From NCBI GenBank assembly GCA_963828165.1, contig CAWHDR010000005.1, forward strand, positions 32,001 to 96,000: 64,000 nt of DNA. The letters run 5' to 3'. The notes under the pieces are model-generated. The model saw only the letters and a list, made by a program, of their open reading frames with translations, searched no databases and was not told where the DNA came from. A program made the position numbers and the translations under genes. Numbering within the stretch: the first letter of the stretch is position 1; every line of letters begins with the position of its first letter. This document shows positions 60,411-64,000 of this stretch, piece by piece. Source of the stretch: an uncultured Chloroflexia bacterium. GTDB lineage: Bacteria > Chloroflexota > Limnocylindria > Limnocylindrales > CSP1-4.

Positions 60411-60524
60411 CGGCGGCATCGTACCGCGCGCCGCGACGGCGCCGGCAGCGTCGGGTCGGCGTACGCTTGGCGGACGTCGGCGAGTCGGGCACGGGGGCAC
60501 GGCTCCAGTCGACGGGAGACGACC

Positions 60525-60749
60525 ATGGACCAGAGCACCCAGATCCTGGCCCTTGTCCTCATCGCCGCCGTGGGGATCGTCGCCGTGCTGTCGATCCTGC
60601 GCCGTGACCGGGTCGCGTCCGAGGGACCGCCACCCGAGAACCCCTTTGCCGTCGCCACGGAGGGGATGAAACGTTGTCCCTCGTGTGGGATGGGGAATCT
60701 CGTGACCGACGCCAACTGTTCCAGCTGCGGGACGCGGCTGCCCGGCTGA
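60525..60749 (+). CDS. Small membrane-anchored zinc-ribbon protein (74 aa)
   Basis: GGGAG SD; TM; CPSC..N......CSSCG; hidden at the end of a spurious long ORF. Confidence 0.7.
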   Translation: MDQSTQILALVLIAAVGIVAVLSILRRDRVASEGPPPENPFAVATEGMKRCPSCGMGNLVTDANCSSCGTRLPG

Positions 60750-60948
60750 CCGTGGGTCGCGGCCGTCGACGTGACGCCCGTGCCACTGCAATGCCCTCGC
60801 AGCGTGCAACCCGTCGCATGTGACGGCGCGATCCCGCATCGCGGGGCATGATGGCCGCAGCGGGCAGCATCTGACGCTCGGTCGATCGAATATGGCCGCC
60901 TGAGACCGAGTCGAGCTACTGGCGAAACCGGCCCGTCGCACTCCGGGA

Positions 60949-61308
60949 GTGTCGATGCGCCGGCGCGCCAGCCATGCGATCCGCCCAGTCGATCACGGCG
61001 TCGTGCGGTTTCGCGTGGCAGCCCTGTTCGCGGCCCAGTTCTTCGATCTCGGCACGTTCTCGCTGATGGTCGACCGGCACGGTATCGCCGCAGAGGTGAA
61101 CCCGATCGTCGCGCAGGGCTTTGCCGATTGGGGGCTCGTGCTCGTCGTGGTCGCGAAGCTCGCCCTGGTCGTTCTCGTCGGCTCCATCGTGGTGCTGCTG
61201 GCGGGGAACCCCACGCGGCGGGTCGGCCTCGGCCTGGCGGCGGTGGTGTCGGTCGCCGCCGTGGTCGCGGGGTTCGTGGGTGGAGTCTCGAACCTCGCGA
61301 CGCTCTGA
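60949..61308 (+). CDS. Small membrane protein (DUF5658-like); start uncertain
   Basis: Q..D..T, E.NP, K motifs; 3 TM segments. Confidence 0.6.
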   Translation: MSMRRRASHAIRPVDHGVVRFRVAALFAAQFFDLGTFSLMVDRHGIAAEVNPIVAQGFADWGLVLVVVAKLALVVLVGSIVVLLAGNPTRRVGLGLAAVVSVAAVVAGFVGGVSNLATL

Positions 61309-61313
61309 CGGGC

Positions 61314-63446
61314 CTAGACGACCGGCAGGCGCCGGTCCTCGGGGATACTCGCCAGCCGGGCGGCCAGGACCTCGCTGACGTCCAGGGCGGCGACCCCGGC
61401 AGCCCCCTCGGCTGCGGCCAGGCCGTCGGACAGCATCACCATGCAGAACGGGCAGGCCGTCGCGACGGTCGTCGCCCCGGTCTCCAGCACCTGTCGGGTC
61501 CGTTCGGCGTTGATCCGGGTGCCGCGCGTCTCCTCCATCCACATGCGCCCACCGCCGGCGCCGCAGCAGAACGTGTTCTCGAACGACTTCTCCATCTCGA
61601 CGATATCGGCGCCGGCCGCACCCAGCACGTCTCGCGGAGCCATCGTCACGCCGTTGTAGCGGGCCAGATAGCACGAGTCGTGGACGGTCACGCTGCCAGG
61701 TCGGTGGTCGCCGGTCTCCGACGTCGCGTCCTCCGGCAGGGTGGCAAGGCGCCCCGAGGAGACGAGCTCAGCCAGGAACTGGCTGTGGTGGACGATCCGG
61801 AACTCGCCGCCCAGCTGGCCGTATTCGTTGCCGATCGTGTTGAAGCAGTGCGGACAGGCGGTCACGATCGTGCGTTCGCCCATCCGGTAGCGGTTGAGCG
61901 TGTCGACGGCCGCTCCCGCCAGCATCTGGAAGACGTATTCGTTGCCCATCCGGCGGGCCGGGTCGCCGGTGCACGATTCTTCCTGTCCCAGCACGGCGAA
62001 CGGGACACCCGCGGCATGGAGGCACGTTGCCACGGCCCTGGCGACCTGCTGATTGCGCGGATCGAACGCCGCAGCGCAACCGACCCAGTACAGGACCTCG
62101 AGGCCGTCGAGCTCGTCGGCCGCCGCGACCGATGCCACCGTCCGCACCTCGAACGGCAACGGCCGCGTCCAGTCCAACCGCGCCGACGCCGGCTGCCCCC
62201 ACGGGTTGCCCTGGCCCTCCATGGCCCGGAACGCGGGCGTCAGCTCCTGCGGGAAGCGGGAGTCTTCGAGGACCAGGTTGCGGCGCAACCCGACGATCTT
62301 GTCGACGTGCTCGATGAGCACCGGGCAGGCTTCTACGCACGCCCCGCACGTCACGCAGTCCCAGACCGCGTCGTACGGGATCGCCGTGTCCACGATCGGC
62401 TCGGCCAGGGCGACCGCCGCGGGACGGGCGTCATCGAGCCCGTACGTCTCGCGCACGATCGGCGAGTTCGGGATGAGGTTCAGCCCGGCCTCCGCGTCGA
62501 CCGACATGTCGCGGATGCCCATGATGAAGGTCTTCGGGTTGAGCGGCTTCCCCGTCGCGTGCGCCGGGCAGGCTTCCTGGCAACGGCCGCACTCGGTGCA
62601 GGTGAACCCGTCGAGGAGGTCCTTCCAGCCGAGATCCTGGAGCGTCTTGAGCCCGAACGTGGCGGTCTCGTCCTCGAGATCCATCTTCGGCAGCTCGCCG
62701 CGTGGCGCGAGCTTGCGGAACCAGATGTTCGGGAAGCTCGTGGCGATGTGCAGGTGCTTCGAGAAGGGCAGGTAGCACAGGAACGCCGCGACGATCCCGA
62801 TGTGGGCCCACCAGAGGGCGGCGAACAAGGTCTCGAGCGTTGCCGGCGAGAACGACGCCCGGAACGGCGCCGCCAGCGCGGCCGCCACGAACGCCCCTGG
62901 TTGGTCGCCGTGCGCCGCGAACTCGAATGCCTCGGCCAGGAGCTCGGTGGCCACGACCCCGCCGATCATCGCCAGGATCACGAGCGCGTCGCGGTTGAAG
63001 GTCAGGCGGCGCGGCTTGGTCACCAGTCGACGGAAGAACGCCCAGCCGATCGAGAGCAGGACGATGACGGCGACGATGTTCTGCATCGCGCTGACGAGCG
63101 TCCACAGCAGGCCGTCGAACGGGATCGACAGGACCTGCTCGATGATCCCGCCGGTGACGACGTTCGCCGTCCCGATCGTCAGCAGCACGAAACCCCAGAA
63201 GATGCCGGCGTGCATCAGCCCGGCCCGGGCATCCTTGAACATCTTGGTCTGGATGAAGGCGTAGCGGATGAGCCCCACGACCCGGCGCGGCACGTCGGCG
63301 AAGGGACTCGGCCCTTCGGCGCGGACCGCCGCGAACACCCGCAGGTGGCGGGCCATCGCGAGACAGAAGAAGGCGACCGCGCCCCAGAACAGCGGGAAGA
63401 CGAGCGGGTAGAGCGGGACCTCGGCGAAGGGGCCGAAGAGCGTCAC
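61314..63446 (-). CDS. Membrane Fe-S oxidoreductase (FadF/EtfD, HdrD-like CCG domains)
   Basis: 5 TM with His (MHAGIFWG, WAH, KHLH); CTECGRC..CP and CVTCGAC..CP; CTGD, ACPHC, HDSCY, CCGAGGG, ACPFC. Confidence 0.88.
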   Translation of the reverse strand: MTLFGPFAEVPLYPLVFPLFWGAVAFFCLAMARHLRVFAAVRAEGPSPFADVPRRVVGLIRYAFIQTKMFKDARAGLMHAGIFWGFVLLTIGTANVVTGGIIEQVLSIPFDGLLWTLVSAMQNIVAVIVLLSIGWAFFRRLVTKPRRLTFNRDALVILAMIGGVVATELLAEAFEFAAHGDQPGAFVAAALAAPFRASFSPATLETLFAALWWAHIGIVAAFLCYLPFSKHLHIATSFPNIWFRKLAPRGELPKMDLEDETATFGLKTLQDLGWKDLLDGFTCTECGRCQEACPAHATGKPLNPKTFIMGIRDMSVDAEAGLNLIPNSPIVRETYGLDDARPAAVALAEPIVDTAIPYDAVWDCVTCGACVEACPVLIEHVDKIVGLRRNLVLEDSRFPQELTPAFRAMEGQGNPWGQPASARLDWTRPLPFEVRTVASVAAADELDGLEVLYWVGCAAAFDPRNQQVARAVATCLHAAGVPFAVLGQEESCTGDPARRMGNEYVFQMLAGAAVDTLNRYRMGERTIVTACPHCFNTIGNEYGQLGGEFRIVHHSQFLAELVSSGRLATLPEDATSETGDHRPGSVTVHDSCYLARYNGVTMAPRDVLGAAGADIVEMEKSFENTFCCGAGGGRMWMEETRGTRINAERTRQVLETGATTVATACPFCMVMLSDGLAAAEGAAGVAALDVSEVLAARLASIPEDRRLPVV

Positions 63447-63937
63447 GCGGTGGGGTCCTGGCCTTCGTCGTGGTCGTGTGGTCCAGCCAGCGTCTCCACG
63501 GCGTGGTCGAGCACGCCCTCGATGGCCGCCAGCGACTCCATGGCTCCACGCGGGCTGCCGGGCAGGTTGACCACGAGGGTCCGGCCGATGACGCCGACGA
63601 CGCTGCGCGACAGGTCCGCGTACGGGGTGCTGAGGCGGCCCGCGGCGCGCATGGCCTCGGCCATTCCCGGGACCTCGTAGTCGATCGCGGCCTTCGTGGC
63701 CTGCGGCGTCACATCCCGTGGGGTCAGGCCGGTGCCGCCGGTGGTCACGATGAGGTCGTGGTTCTCGGCCGTCGAGCGCAGGACGTCCGTGAGCATCTCC
63801 TGCTCATCCGGCAGGACCGCTCGCTGGACCGTGTATCCGAGGGCCTCCAACCGCTCTCCCACCCCGATGCCGGAGGTGTCCTCGCGGACGCCTTCACTGA
63901 CGCGGTCACTGGCGGTGATCACCACGGCCCGCTTCAT
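63443..63937 (-). CDS. Molybdopterin adenylyltransferase MogA/MoaB
   Basis: TASDR, D.SG, TTGGTG..PRDVTP.AT, SR, NLPGSP. Confidence 0.92.
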   Translation of the reverse strand: MKRAVVITASDRVSEGVREDTSGIGVGERLEALGYTVQRAVLPDEQEMLTDVLRSTAENHDLIVTTGGTGLTPRDVTPQATKAAIDYEVPGMAEAMRAAGRLSTPYADLSRSVVGVIGRTLVVNLPGSPRGAMESLAAIEGVLDHAVETLAGPHDHDEGQDPTA

Positions 63938-64000
63938 CCCGGCCGCCTGCTCCCGGTCCGGCCCCCCTGGCGCGGCGGCTTGGCGATGCGGCCCGCGCCG

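Noticed and set aside
60750-60948. Riboswitch (ZTP or c-di-GMP) from ACTGGCGAAACC
   Set aside because: The remaining consensus elements are missing and the downstream gene context does not fit.
2626-63680. Many long antisense or alternate-frame ORFs (e.g. 2626-4608, 34521-36872, 45787-48990, 51055-53919, 61128-63680)
   Set aside because: They are shadows of real genes caused by high GC3, are Arg/Gly/Pro-rich and carry no motifs.

Overview
High-GC bacterial core-genome window. Gene content and protein style suggest Chloroflexota, possibly Limnocylindria/Ellin6529 (inference, not tested). It contains: rrf2; yebC-ruvC-ruvA; an EF-G2 paralog; a complete his cluster (hisA divergent from hisR-hisGDCBHF-IE); tyrS; PBP1A; cvpA-mpg-mutS2; tRNA-Val, a Thr T-box, thrS, infC (ATC start)-rpmI-rplT-pheST; RNA methyltransferases; an oppA/peptidase/2xDUF881/DUF951/MFS/asparaginase/amidohydrolase run; cysS; a giant pyruvyltransferase-GT8-TylF fusion; an AlkZ-like glycosylase; tRNA-Arg; grx-ccdA-tlpA; dcd-nrdR; ACAD-etfBA; FadF/EtfD; mogA. 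About ten genes have single-base +1 frameshifts, most likely long-read indel errors. I saw no CRISPR array, integrase or transposase. Most intriguing: (1) a GT2 glycosyltransferase fused to a CysRS C-terminal anticodon-binding-like domain, in an operon converging on cysS; (2) an unidentified pseudoknot-capable RNA element between oppA and cysS; (3) the three-enzyme glycan fusion; (4) many apparently leaderless promoters; (5) recognisable HisR and NrdR operators and a T-box directly behind a tRNA.
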